Source: a virus (Duplodnaviria > Heunggongvirae > Uroviricota > Caudoviricetes). From it: 64,000 bases of DNA. The translations under genes were made by a program, and so were the position numbers. Under the pieces are notes generated by a model. The model had not been told where the DNA came from. It saw only the letters and a program-made list of their open reading frames with translations, and did no database searches. Shown here in pieces: positions 48,914-58,357 of this stretch. The DNA is taken from the IMG/VR virus record IMGVR_UViG_3300045988_003495. The stretch is one strand, 5' to 3'. Numbering within the stretch: position 1 is the first letter of the stretch; every line of letters begins with the position of its first letter.

Positions 48914-49162
48914 ATGGCAACTATCCGCGCTACTGTCAATGCCTATGGCTGTTATACTCTGGACGTTAAATTCGATATTGGTGGAACTGATGAGTGTTTT
49001 TCATTAGTGAAGACAGTTATCAAACAAGTTATTCCAGATTATAACCCTACTGATGACTTCTGGAAAGATGCTGTAAAAGAGGCATTAAACGACGAGCATC
49101 ACTATCATTACTGGGGTGACTTGATTGTTTCCCTGTACTACAATAAACAAGGTTACAACTAA
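48914..49162 (+). CDS. hypothetical early protein
   Basis: ATG at 48914 after conserved RBS; last gene of the array. Confidence 0.4.
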   Translation: MATIRATVNAYGCYTLDVKFDIGGTDECFSLVKTVIKQVIPDYNPTDDFWKDAVKEALNDEHHYHYWGDLIVSLYYNKQGYN

Positions 49163-49199
49163 TCGACGCAGCGGGGCTAAATAGCCCCAGATACCTCAA

Positions 49200-49228
49200 C
49201 AGCCCCTATTTAAAGGGGCTTTTTTACG
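49200..49228 (+). terminator. rho-independent terminator ending the small-gene array
   Basis: agcccct-attta-aggggct followed by tttttt; preceded by a second hairpin ggggcta-aa-tagcccc. Confidence 0.65.
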
Positions 49229-49570
49229 TCTATTGAATCCTTATACAATCCCTTTCCTTTCCTTTCCAGAATCTTACTAGACCTTAAAAGCAATAACTCT
49301 ATAGTCTACTCTATAACCTCTTATCAAATCAACTTAAATATAAGCCCATAACCCGAAAGGGAAGGGCAACCGTTTAAACGCTCTATAAAGCTCTATAACA
49401 GCCTTATCAACCTAACTTAAGGGATTGCATTAACTCACCCTTAAAAGCCCTTTATAAAGCTTCTCAGAGACTTAAAAGAATCTTATAAGGGTGTAAGCTT
49501 TATCGTCTCGTTAGTTATCTTGTGAATATCTAAAAAGGGCTTGTTAGTGTCTTAAAAGTATGTTATAGGG

Positions 49571-49636
49571 GCTATAAAGTTACGTAAAAGAGGCTATAAA
49601 GTTACGTAAAAGAGGCTATAAAGTTACGTAAATACT
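49571..49636. repeat. 22-bp tandem direct repeat, three copies
   Basis: gctataaagttacgtaaaagag x2 then gctataaagttacgtaaatact. Confidence 0.85.
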
Positions 49637-49689
49637 AGCCCCCTTAACATTCTCTTAACAATTTCTTAACAATCCCTACATAGTTATGC

Positions 49690-50230
49690 TTTTAAGGCAC
49701 TTGTTAGCAACTTGTTAGCCCCTTGTTAAATCTCTGTTAAGACCACGTAAAAGCCTTGTAAGAGTCTTTGACATAGCCTTAAAAGCTCCTGTAAAGCCCT
49801 ATAAAGAGCTATCTGTACAGTTGGGGTGTAACTACTAGGAAGAGACTTAAAAGGGGCTATACAGAGCTATAGAGAGCTTTTAAGAGGTATGTTTAAGGAA
49901 TCACTAAGAAAGGAAAGGGAACGATAAGAAAAGAGATAGTGACCATGTTAATAGCTTGTTAAAAAGATTAAACACTTGTTAGAGACTTGTTAATTATCTT
50001 AACAAAATAACTCTTAAAAATTAACTTGTTAGCTCTTGTTAGTCATCTGTTAAGAGACTATAAAGACCATGTATCGACTGTTAAGAACTTGTTACAACCT
50101 TGTTAGTTCTGTTAAGAGTCTGTTAAGACCTCTGAAGAGATGTTAAGAAGGTGTAAGGACTGTTAAGAGATTGTTAAGGATATTTTAAAATTTTGCAAAG
50201 TACTTGTAAGGGAGCTGTTAAGGGCTACCA
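49690..50230. repeat. dense iteron array of short motif YTGTTARG with about 10-11 bp periodicity
   Basis: more than 20 copies, e.g. cttgttag, ctgttaag, cttgttaa between 49690-49745 and 49935-50225; no ORF of 60 aa or more on either strand. Confidence 0.8.
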
Positions 50231-50369
50231 AGCAGATATACACCCTAATCAGATATTTTTCAGTTCCTTCAAAGACCCTAAAAAATGACTTGACAGTCTT
50301 ATTTTATAAAAATTTTAAAATTCTGAATAATTACCTAGACAGTCTTTTAAAAATACAGGTAGAAACAGG

Positions 50370-50700
50370 CTTATAAGATACCTTGTTAATACCGTGTTAG
50401 ACCTTGTGAGATAAGGTCTGTAAAGATATTCCTGTTAAGTTTGTTAAAACAGTCTATATAGAGGCTTAGTAACACCTAGTGAACACCTATAGAGAGTGTC
50501 ATAGCTTACATAGAGATTAAGAGGTGTATAGGAGCTTCTAAGAGTGTGTAGAGAGATGGTTAAGATGATTGTATAGGTTGTTTAGAAGGCTTGTTAGAAG
50601 AGTGTTTAGATGGCTATTTAGAAGGGCTATACAGAGGGCTATTAAGACCACTAGATAGTTACTAAGATACTATATAGTACTATATAACTATATAGAGAGT
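50370..50700. repeat. second iteron block (GTTAG/TTTAGAAGG motifs) ending in AT-rich tatatag repeats
   Basis: cttgttaataccgtgttag..., gtttagaagg/cttgttagaag/gtgtttagatgg/ctatttagaagg, then tactatatagtactatataactatatag. Confidence 0.6.
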
Positions 50701-50828
50701 AAGATTAAGAAGATTGTTAAGAAGGATAGATATTTTATTCACATATGATGGTGACCCAGAGGTTGGGACAACCGATAAAATTTTATAAAAATTAAAAAGC
50801 CCCCAATTAAGGAGGCTCTTAAGATATT

Positions 50829-51452
50829 TTAAATCAGTGTTTCCAGAACTGTTTTCAATGATGACTTAGTTGTCTGGTAAAAATGAGTGAACCCATTATT
50901 GTTATCGAATATCTGCATCATGATATCATCTCCCTTGATTGGGTACACTCGGATATCATAGTGAAACCCATTAAAGACAGCAGAACCATTACAGAACACA
51001 CTAAAGTCAGCCACTGAGATATACTCTTCATGTCCTGTGATTTTTATACAAACACCTTTACTCGGTCTCTTAGGGTTGATATCTTCCATCACAGACATAC
51101 TCTGTCCACCAAGAGATATCATAGTGACCACTTTACGGTTCTTCTGTTTAAAGTACATCTTAACTTTCTGCAAAGTGTCTTCATAGAACGGATAAGACTT
51201 CTCTACAAATATTCCTTCAAGTGGCTCTTTACCATTTTCAACTTCTCTGGTATGTCGTACTGCAAAGATAATTTGTTGGAACCAGTCAAGATTTTCTTCG
51301 GAGAGTGCTTCTCGAACATCACTCCAGTCAAGGACTAGGTAGTTACCTTCAACATCTTTTAAGTTATCTTTTTCCATATCTATCACACCATTATCGTAAA
51401 ACTTGATATTCTGGTACTGCGAATTTATTACTATTGTTCTTGATGAGGTCAT
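50829..51452 (-). CDS. hypothetical protein
   Basis: 207-aa ORF, last gene of minus-strand block converging on the iteron region. Confidence 0.45.
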   Translation of the reverse strand: MTSSRTIVINSQYQNIKFYDNGVIDMEKDNLKDVEGNYLVLDWSDVREALSEENLDWFQQIIFAVRHTREVENGKEPLEGIFVEKSYPFYEDTLQKVKMYFKQKNRKVVTMISLGGQSMSVMEDINPKRPSKGVCIKITGHEEYISVADFSVFCNGSAVFNGFHYDIRVYPIKGDDIMMQIFDNNNGFTHFYQTTKSSLKTVLETLI

Positions 51453-51855
51453 CTTCTGAAACTAAAAATGTAATCCCACATAAGTGTCTGTAACGACTAT
51501 CATACTCGAATATCTTAAACAGATATTTACCATCATGATAAACCTGTTGCACTTCACCTTCTGCAACAATCTCGCCTGTAATAAAATTTTTTAGTTTATA
51601 CACATTACCAACTTTAGGTACTGTTTTCATCTCAGGCTCTTTTAGTGCTACACCTATTTTTGCATCACCGAGTAAATGAGAACTCTCAAAAGCTACGTGT
51701 TTCATATAAGCTTCTGAACATTCCCAAATAAAACAATGTACAAGAATCTTAGCAGCATGTCTTGAACAGTTCAACTTATCACAGATTTCTGTGTACATCT
51801 CATCTTTAGTCGAGTTGTCAAGCATTGCTCTTTGTACTATCTCTTTAACCTTCAT
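51391..51855 (-). CDS. hypothetical protein
   Basis: 154-aa ORF; 3' end overlaps next gene so true extent uncertain. Confidence 0.4.
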   Translation of the reverse strand: MKVKEIVQRAMLDNSTKDEMYTEICDKLNCSRHAAKILVHCFIWECSEAYMKHVAFESSHLLGDAKIGVALKEPEMKTVPKVGNVYKLKNFITGEIVAEGEVQQVYHDGKYLFKIFEYDSRYRHLCGITFLVSEDDLIKNNSNKFAVPEYQVLR

Positions 51856-52273
51856 AAGCTCTCCGAATAACCCTATTAAGCATCTCTAAAGTCAGCTTTC
51901 CAGATTCTAAATGCGGCATAACAAGCTTTAAAGCTTTTTCAACATCATGCACAACATCTATTATACCTTCTTCATAGGCTTCTACAAGGATATCTTTTAC
52001 GTTTTGTTGGTTATCTTTTTGTGGTATTGCTAGACGCATATTAAACTCATTTGCTTGAGGGTGGTCACTACCACGCCAGTAACCATCTTTGTTAAAGCTG
52101 ATGTAGTCACCGTGGTAAAAGTGTACACCATTAGCTTTAAACTTCTCCAGCACAAGGCATTGAATTGGGTATTCAGTATTCCACTCCCTGACTCCTATAA
52201 CCTTCACTGTTGCGATGTACTCCTGTGTTTTTGCATCTATGATGTCAAGTTCTTGACCAGCAATGATTTGCAT
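51845..52273 (-). CDS. hypothetical protein
   Basis: 142-aa ORF. Confidence 0.45.
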   Translation of the reverse strand: MQIIAGQELDIIDAKTQEYIATVKVIGVREWNTEYPIQCLVLEKFKANGVHFYHGDYISFNKDGYWRGSDHPQANEFNMRLAIPQKDNQQNVKDILVEAYEEGIIDVVHDVEKALKLVMPHLESGKLTLEMLNRVIRRAYEG

Positions 52274-52326
52274 ATTCGCTACCTTCTAAGTTTCTACAAA
52301 GGGGCTATCAAGTAACCCCTAAGTTA

Positions 52327-52563
52327 TTACTCAGACTTTTCAGTCTTCTTATCGGATTTCTTACTAGTCTTCTTCTCAGCCTTCTGCTCAGCCTTCTGCT
52401 CAGGTTCCTTCTCAGAAGTTGCCTTGATAACCATATCAAGAAGCTCTGATAAGTCACTCTTCAGCAAAGTAACAGGCTGCTCGTTGTAGAAGTTTTTGTC
52501 AAGATAAACTTTGAACTCTTCTATAGAAGGAAATCCAAAAATTGGTACAGGTGTCTTAATCAT
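52327..52563 (-). CDS. hypothetical protein with Lys/Glu-rich tail
   Basis: 78-aa ORF. Confidence 0.4.
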   Translation of the reverse strand: MIKTPVPIFGFPSIEEFKVYLDKNFYNEQPVTLLKSDLSELLDMVIKATSEKEPEQKAEQKAEKKTSKKSDKKTEKSE

Positions 52564-52639
52564 TACTTAGTCTCTCCATAGGCATCTTTTAAGATTGCCT
52601 TGTTAATCATTTCAGCGATTGCAAAACGAACACATACAG

Positions 52640-53173
52640 CTATAATTGTAGGTTGCATTCTTTACTTACCTCTTCAAGTTTAACCTCAGAGTCCTTAAGT
52701 CGTTTCTTATGAACCCTGAACCTCATTAGTGAGATGATGATACCAGCTAAAGGAACAGCATACAAGTACCAAACATCATGTACCTTTGCAGTAATCTGTG
52801 TAATGGTCAAGTCTTGAGCTATACAACTGATTGCTGAGACTGCCAGTAACATTGCTAAGAAGAACGCCAGTACCATAACAATACTTAGGCAGCCTCTGGC
52901 ATGGTGTTCATGCTTAATACACTTGTTCTTTTCGTCAACAACCCTGTTGTAGTCGTTTGTAAAGTCTCTGTAGAAAGCTTTCAAGTATTCTTGAGTGTAG
53001 CCTTCAAAGCAACCTGTACCGTACCAATAATCACCGCCAAAATGTGCTATGATACCGGTATCTCCATTCGGTTTGGTTACTCTAAGAGAAGTATGATGAC
53101 CAGTCTTCTGGTAATCTATTTTGTATCTTTCTTCGTAAATCATTTTCCAACCCCTCTCAATCGTTTGTTCCAC
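52640..53173 (-). CDS. membrane protein (hypothetical)
   Basis: C-terminal TM segments LSIVMVLAFFLAMLLAV and LYAVPLAGIIISLM. Confidence 0.45.
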   Translation of the reverse strand: MEQTIERGWKMIYEERYKIDYQKTGHHTSLRVTKPNGDTGIIAHFGGDYWYGTGCFEGYTQEYLKAFYRDFTNDYNRVVDEKNKCIKHEHHARGCLSIVMVLAFFLAMLLAVSAISCIAQDLTITQITAKVHDVWYLYAVPLAGIIISLMRFRVHKKRLKDSEVKLEEVSKECNLQL

Positions 53174-53358
53174 TCAAGGTCAACAAGTCTTTGCAGGACT
53201 TTCCCTCTAGGTGTTACACCTTTTAAATCTGCATCGTAGCAACGGTAAAAGTCACCTTCAGCGTGTTTACCATAACATTTTCTGATATTCTGGCTCCTAC
53301 GATACTGCTCTAACAGGGATAGTTTGTAGTAATCTTCAACTGTAGTTAACTTTTTCAT
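53140..53358 (-). CDS. hypothetical protein
   Basis: 72-aa ORF. Confidence 0.35.
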   Translation of the reverse strand: MKKLTTVEDYYKLSLLEQYRRSQNIRKCYGKHAEGDFYRCYDADLKGVTPRGKVLQRLVDLEWNKRLRGVGK

Positions 53359-53900
53359 TCTTTCACCATAGCATTTCTGAACTGGCGTTGTGTTTCTCTT
53401 GTAATTTCGTTTGGAGTAAACCCTGCTTTTAGCATATCTCTGAAAAGAACTTCTAAATGGTTCCTCTCAATGATGTAAATAGCATTCTGAGTAGCTGTTT
53501 TACGCTCCTTCAGGTCACTACTAAGCTCTTCGCACTTGCTGGTAAGTTCTGTGTCAACTTTCTTATAGACTGGCATAACATGTGCGTAGCAACCTTTATT
53601 AGTCTCCATGAAAAATTTAAAAGATTCTTCAGAGTCCTTTAGAGCAATCCCTATAAAGTTTTTGTAAGCACCTGTGAAAGATAAGGAATCAATCTCAGCA
53701 GTTGAGTATACAGTCCCTGCACACAGTCTTGCAGAAATACTGAATGTGTGGTTTGGTGTTGTGTCAAAGTCTAAGTTCTTCAGCGGTCGGAAATAAACTG
53801 TACCATTGTGCGAGATGTGTGTTACAACAGCCTCAACACTCTTTGAAGGATTCTGTTTAACATACAAAATAATTTTATCGTGTTCTTTCACTTTAGCCAT
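53355..53900 (-). CDS. hypothetical protein
   Basis: 181-aa ORF. Confidence 0.45.
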   Translation of the reverse strand: MAKVKEHDKIILYVKQNPSKSVEAVVTHISHNGTVYFRPLKNLDFDTTPNHTFSISARLCAGTVYSTAEIDSLSFTGAYKNFIGIALKDSEESFKFFMETNKGCYAHVMPVYKKVDTELTSKCEELSSDLKERKTATQNAIYIIERNHLEVLFRDMLKAGFTPNEITRETQRQFRNAMVKE

Positions 53901-53972
53901 ATCTATTCTCCAGAAACTAAAAAGGGAACTACCTCTCGATAGCTCCCATCATAGTCAATATTGTATACTCGG

Positions 53973-54554
53973 TCAAGAGTATTTTTTAGGCAGCAATGCA
54001 CTACGCTTGTTACTCTCTTCACTCAATAGTGCAATGAAGTCATCACTTTTACCTTTCCACGGGCTGAATGAAGGGATATGTTCACGGATAGCCTCGATAA
54101 CCGTCTTAAGTGCCGTGTTCTTCATCCACCAATCAGAATCTGCTGATGCCACCACGTAGTATCCACCGTCATCAGTTAAAATTGGCTCTGAAATACATGG
54201 TGAAATCAAAGTGGTGATAATTGAACCATTGTTCATGTAGTATGTGCGTTTCATAACCTTTTCAAGAAGCTTGTGAAGGTCGCCAAACAATGTTACAAGT
54301 TCTTTGTGGTCAATATCTTTTTCGAGGTTTGCTCGATACTTCAATAGTGCAGCATCAACCTCTCTGTCATTGAACTTGAAATATTGAACCTCTTCAACAA
54401 GGCAAACACTGATATTGTTGACATTCATAGTCAACTTGCAAACTTTTACAGGAGAGTTGATATTTGGTTGAAAAAGTGCAATACAACCTTCAATATTTCC
54501 AAAATGTTGTACCAGTGTTACTTGTGGAGTGATATTCTGTTGCTCTTCGGACAT
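53973..54554 (-). CDS. hypothetical protein
   Basis: 193-aa ORF. Confidence 0.45.
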   Translation of the reverse strand: MSEEQQNITPQVTLVQHFGNIEGCIALFQPNINSPVKVCKLTMNVNNISVCLVEEVQYFKFNDREVDAALLKYRANLEKDIDHKELVTLFGDLHKLLEKVMKRTYYMNNGSIITTLISPCISEPILTDDGGYYVVASADSDWWMKNTALKTVIEAIREHIPSFSPWKGKSDDFIALLSEESNKRSALLPKKYS

Positions 54555-54898
54555 TACAGTTTCCTCATTAAATACTTTTTAAGTTGTGTGTTAGGTTTCT
54601 CAAAAACTTCTATAGAAGATATCTTGACAGATTCACCACGCATACCAGTATGTTTGAATATGTAGTACTCTAACATACCTATGTACTTTGCTGGTAAGTC
54701 ATGCTTGACATACACCGTCACAGAATCTTCAAACTCAACGACCTTTGTACCATCTTTGTAGTTAAACTCTTTAGGATGGTTGTAGTTGTCTATGTCGTAC
54801 ATTAAAAAGAGTCTTTTACGTTGTAAGTCAAGCTTATTTGTTAAAGACTCTTTGATATCTGAGAAGTTTTTGTAAACTGTGACATGGAGCTTACTCAT
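54554..54898 (-). CDS. hypothetical protein
   Basis: 114-aa ORF. Confidence 0.4.
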   Translation of the reverse strand: MSKLHVTVYKNFSDIKESLTNKLDLQRKRLFLMYDIDNYNHPKEFNYKDGTKVVEFEDSVTVYVKHDLPAKYIGMLEYYIFKHTGMRGESVKISSIEVFEKPNTQLKKYLMRKL

Positions 54899-55184
54899 CG
54901 TTAAACTCTCTGACGAAGAAATAGTTGACTTTGTTATTACCTACCATAAGGTCAAAGCAGGTATTCTCAAAAGGTTTGTTGTAGGCATCATAAGAAGTAT
55001 ATGAGTCAGCTACTTGTTTAGTATTGAGCTTTTTACTTGATGGGTTTAAGAGGCCACCATACAGCTTCTTGATAGCCTCTTCTACAACAGACCAGATAAT
55101 TTCGTCAGTAATTTCTTCGTACAGGTCAAGTTCACGCTCTAGTGAGAAGTCACAAATAGGGAAAACAACCTGTACTTTACTCAT
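54891..55184 (-). CDS. hypothetical protein
   Basis: 97-aa ORF. Confidence 0.4.
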   Translation of the reverse strand: MSKVQVVFPICDFSLERELDLYEEITDEIIWSVVEEAIKKLYGGLLNPSSKKLNTKQVADSYTSYDAYNKPFENTCFDLMVGNNKVNYFFVREFNDE

Positions 55185-55582
55185 TAACGAATCACCTGTG
55201 AGACTTGAATTGCTTCAGTTACTGACAAGTCACCTACTTTCTCTTCTTTGATAAAAGTGAAGGTGAGTTCAACAGGCTCTTGCTCTTCTTGCTCAACTGG
55301 AATGCCATTAAGCTCATCGCGGATTGATTGAGTTGTCCAGTCTTCTCCACCATCTGGATAATGGATGGCGTAACGAGGAAACTCCATATCATACCAGCCA
55401 AATACAGGACAACCATCTTCATCATCTCGCATTCTGCGAAGGGTGCTACCTGAGCCTGTAAAGCGAAGACTAATATTCCCATTACACTCAAAAATCACTG
55501 CGTCGGCAAGTCCAGCATCTTCTCGACCATCATGACCAAATGTGTCCACCTTTACTTGGATATCTCTAACATCTTTATTCAT
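55184..55582 (-). CDS. hypothetical protein
   Basis: 132-aa ORF. Confidence 0.4.
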   Translation of the reverse strand: MNKDVRDIQVKVDTFGHDGREDAGLADAVIFECNGNISLRFTGSGSTLRRMRDDEDGCPVFGWYDMEFPRYAIHYPDGGEDWTTQSIRDELNGIPVEQEEQEPVELTFTFIKEEKVGDLSVTEAIQVSQVIR

Positions 55583-55973
55583 AAAAACCTCTCTCTGCTT
55601 GTTCGATTTTCGCTTTTAGAACTTCACACCGTTCAATGTGATATCTGGCTTCATGCTCATGTGTCGCCAAAGTTCTTTCAAGAATGGTTTTATAGTAACC
55701 TGCAAGCTGCTCTCTTGTCAATGGGTTCTCTGAAATAATATCGAGACCACTTTCACCTAGAGTATTAAACTGCCCATGTTCATTTACATGATAAGTTTCA
55801 AACTTGAATAAACCGTTATTAGCAGCCTCAATAGGTGAGAGTTCAACCAACTCAACAGTGAACATTGTATGCACCCTATCACCAACTGTAACAATGTTAC
55901 TTCCAATGATGCGTACAAGCGAACCATTACGAGTGTACTTAAAAGTCCCAAAGTCACTAGCCCAAAGCTTCAT
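55575..55973 (-). CDS. hypothetical protein
   Basis: 132-aa ORF. Confidence 0.4.
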   Translation of the reverse strand: MKLWASDFGTFKYTRNGSLVRIIGSNIVTVGDRVHTMFTVELVELSPIEAANNGLFKFETYHVNEHGQFNTLGESGLDIISENPLTREQLAGYYKTILERTLATHEHEARYHIERCEVLKAKIEQAERGFYE

Positions 55974-55991
55974 AGTTTTTCTCCTTAGAAA

Positions 55992-56014
55992 ATAAAAAGG
56001 CTCCCGAAGGAGCC
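55992..56014 (-). terminator. rho-independent terminator after endolysin gene
   Basis: ggctcc-cgaa-ggagcc hairpin with T-run on minus strand. Confidence 0.55.
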
Positions 56015-56024
56015 TATGAAGATA

Positions 56025-56489
56025 TTACTTTGGGTATACACTGTCAAGATAAATGTCAGCTTCCATTCTACGTCTGTTTTTCAGGCCGTTTGAAGTGACC
56101 TTCTTACCTTTGACTGTAACCTTGTTCCACCACTGCATAGCTTCTGCACAACCGACCTTATTACCAGCATTGTGGCGCTTGATAAATGTGGAATCCTGCA
56201 TAGCTGTGATACCGATGTTGTATGTTTCACTTACAAGTGCATCAAACTCGTTCTGAGAAGTTGGAACCTTGATGGCTTTATTCACTGCTGCAACGAATTT
56301 TTCAACATCTGCAAGAAGATACTGTTCAGCTTGTTCAGCAGTAATTTTCATACCCATCTTAACAGGTTTTCCGTCAATACGGATTGTTCCATAACCGATT
56401 GTTGGGATTCCGGCAGAGTCTTCGTAAGCCTCTAACTTCAGACCTTCAAAGAACTTAATAGCCTCTAAACCTTTTCTTGAGAGTTGCAT
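56025..56489 (-). CDS. endolysin (T4 lysozyme-like, GH24)
   Basis: N-terminal LEAIKFFEGLKLEAYEDSAGIPTIGYGT matches the catalytic Glu/Asp/Thr region of phage lysozymes. Confidence 0.75.
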   Translation of the reverse strand: MQLSRKGLEAIKFFEGLKLEAYEDSAGIPTIGYGTIRIDGKPVKMGMKITAEQAEQYLLADVEKFVAAVNKAIKVPTSQNEFDALVSETYNIGITAMQDSTFIKRHNAGNKVGCAEAMQWWNKVTVKGKKVTSNGLKNRRRMEADIYLDSVYPK

Positions 56490-57121
56490 TATGCCTCCCC
56501 TGCTGGATTAACTGTAACTGTTGCTGCGTTAGATGTTACAGAACCACCTGCACCAGTAACTACACAAGTGTATCTTCCTGCATCAGCAGTGGTTGCACCT
56601 TCTTTGGTGTAAGTTGCAGTAGTTGCATCGAGGATATCTTCCTCACCTTTCTTCCACTGGTAACCTGTTGCACCTGTTGCCACAACATTCAGTGTTAATG
56701 TCTCACCTTCAGTGATTTCTTGATTGGTTGGCTGCTGAGTGATTGATGGTGGCTTGATAGCATCCTTCAACTTAGCATTCAACATTGAGAATGGTTTAAC
56801 TCTTGCCAGCCATTCACAATAAACTGTATCAACATCTTTACCATTGATAATTGCATATTGTAAGTCCATGAAGAAGTCAGAAGTTCTCATTTGAGCACCA
56901 ACGCTGTAAAGCAACTCATCACTAAATGGAACTTTGTAGTCTGGTTTGTAGTCAAACTTCTCAACTTCTGCGATATCAGCTTCAGGCCAATACGAACTAT
57001 AGGTGAGTGGTAAAATAGCCTCTTGATATGTTCTAAAATCATATCTCTTACCAGCCTTTACATTTGCAATGAAGCCCTTCACAAACTCTTTGAAGTCTGG
57101 GTAAGTCTTTGCTTTAATCAT
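56489..57121 (-). CDS. hypothetical protein with C-terminal Ig-like domain
   Basis: C-terminal TLTLNVVATGATGYQWKK...GRYTCVVTGAGGSVTSNAATVTV resembles an Ig-like fold; N-terminal domain paralogous to 57118..57489. Confidence 0.45.
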   Translation of the reverse strand: MIKAKTYPDFKEFVKGFIANVKAGKRYDFRTYQEAILPLTYSSYWPEADIAEVEKFDYKPDYKVPFSDELLYSVGAQMRTSDFFMDLQYAIINGKDVDTVYCEWLARVKPFSMLNAKLKDAIKPPSITQQPTNQEITEGETLTLNVVATGATGYQWKKGEEDILDATTATYTKEGATTADAGRYTCVVTGAGGSVTSNAATVTVNPAGEA

Positions 57122-57489
57122 TTCTTTTTAGCCTCTAAATGTGCGTTTAGTCTAAAATAACCTTTGTGATGCGGAGATACATCACCAACAACAATACCTT
57201 TAACCTTATAACCTTTACCAATTACATACTGGATATCCATAAGGAATCTTCCAAGACCAACAATATGGAACATCGGATATAATAGATTCTCAGAGTCTGG
57301 AATATTGATTTCAGGTTTGTAGGTGCGTTGTTCGCTTGTTGGTGTAATATCTTCTTCAGGCCATTTACTGAGTCTCCATGTCAAAGGTGTTGGGATAACA
57401 TCATTAAGGTTGTACCTTTCACCATTTTGCACGGAATTGATATAGGATTGTAGGAAGCAATAAAAGTCTTTTGCACTCTTAGCTTTCAT
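57118..57489 (-). CDS. hypothetical protein, paralog of N-terminal domain of 56489..57121
   Basis: shared pattern KAK..DF..F...I..V..G.RY and FLMDIQY/FFMDLQY. Confidence 0.4.
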   Translation of the reverse strand: MKAKSAKDFYCFLQSYINSVQNGERYNLNDVIPTPLTWRLSKWPEEDITPTSEQRTYKPEINIPDSENLLYPMFHIVGLGRFLMDIQYVIGKGYKVKGIVVGDVSPHHKGYFRLNAHLEAKKK

Positions 57490-57536
57490 TAAATATCCTT
57501 ATAAATAGTTAAAGGGGCATCAGCCCCTATTCACAC

Positions 57537-58130
57537 TTAAGCTTTGGTCTTAAGTAGGTTCTTAAGTTTTTTAAGATTCATACTCTCATCAAACTTAAAA
57601 CCAAATCCATTGACATAATCAATGAACTCGGATTTCTTACTGAGTGACAATGCGTAACTCATATCAAAGTTCTTACTTGTTTCTGCGTCTGGACTAGAGT
57701 TCACATCAAATGAAATTTCTGTAGGCTCTTGTTTACTTTTTCTCATATTATCAACCAACAAACATGTATAGTTTGCTGGATAGAAATTTACACTACCATC
57801 AACGTAGCTGTATTTATTATTATTATGGATAAGGTTGGAAAATACCTTAAGGAATGTTTCTGAGTCGTGGCAAACAAGTTTGAATTGGCTGCTCTCTCCA
57901 AGTGCAACTAATGAGTACGGACTTTCACTATCGAAGTCATAGTTTGGATTCGATGTCGTCACTGTTACACGCATCAAGTTATTAGCAATAGTCTTCTGTT
58001 TAAAAGAATTTTGAACATAGTGAAGACCTCTCTCACACTGATTGACTAGCTCTTTAAGTAGGTCATTTGCATATGGTGAATTAATTGATACAGAGCCATC
58101 ACTATTGTAATTAAAACTTACTGTTAACAT
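57537..58130 (-). CDS. hypothetical protein
   Basis: 197-aa ORF. Confidence 0.45.
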   Translation of the reverse strand: MLTVSFNYNSDGSVSINSPYANDLLKELVNQCERGLHYVQNSFKQKTIANNLMRVTVTTSNPNYDFDSESPYSLVALGESSQFKLVCHDSETFLKVFSNLIHNNNKYSYVDGSVNFYPANYTCLLVDNMRKSKQEPTEISFDVNSSPDAETSKNFDMSYALSLSKKSEFIDYVNGFGFKFDESMNLKKLKNLLKTKA

Positions 58131-58357
58131 TTTTCAGTTCTCCTGCGATTTATAATTTTGCTGCAATAGAGAAACGAAGTAAACTCACTGGAAGAAACCA
58201 TTAAGTGTTGTTCACTAGATTGAGCCATTGCCCTGAAATACATTCCAGTCAAAGCATCATAGTGACTATTCTTTCCAATTGAGGTTATATAGCCATGACT
58301 CTTTGCAGTTTGATATAAATCTATAATATCTGCGATTTCTAATTGGGAACTACACAT
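58124..58357 (-). CDS. hypothetical protein
   Basis: 77-aa ORF. Confidence 0.35.
   Translation of the reverse strand: MCSSQLEIADIIDLYQTAKSHGYITSIGKNSHYDALTGMYFRAMAQSSEQHLMVSSSEFTSFLYCSKIINRRRTEKC

Noticed and set aside
49571-49636. Possible CRISPR array (regular short repeats)
   Set aside because: The 22-bp units are directly tandem with no spacers, only three copies, and no cas genes are nearby; this is a simple tandem repeat.
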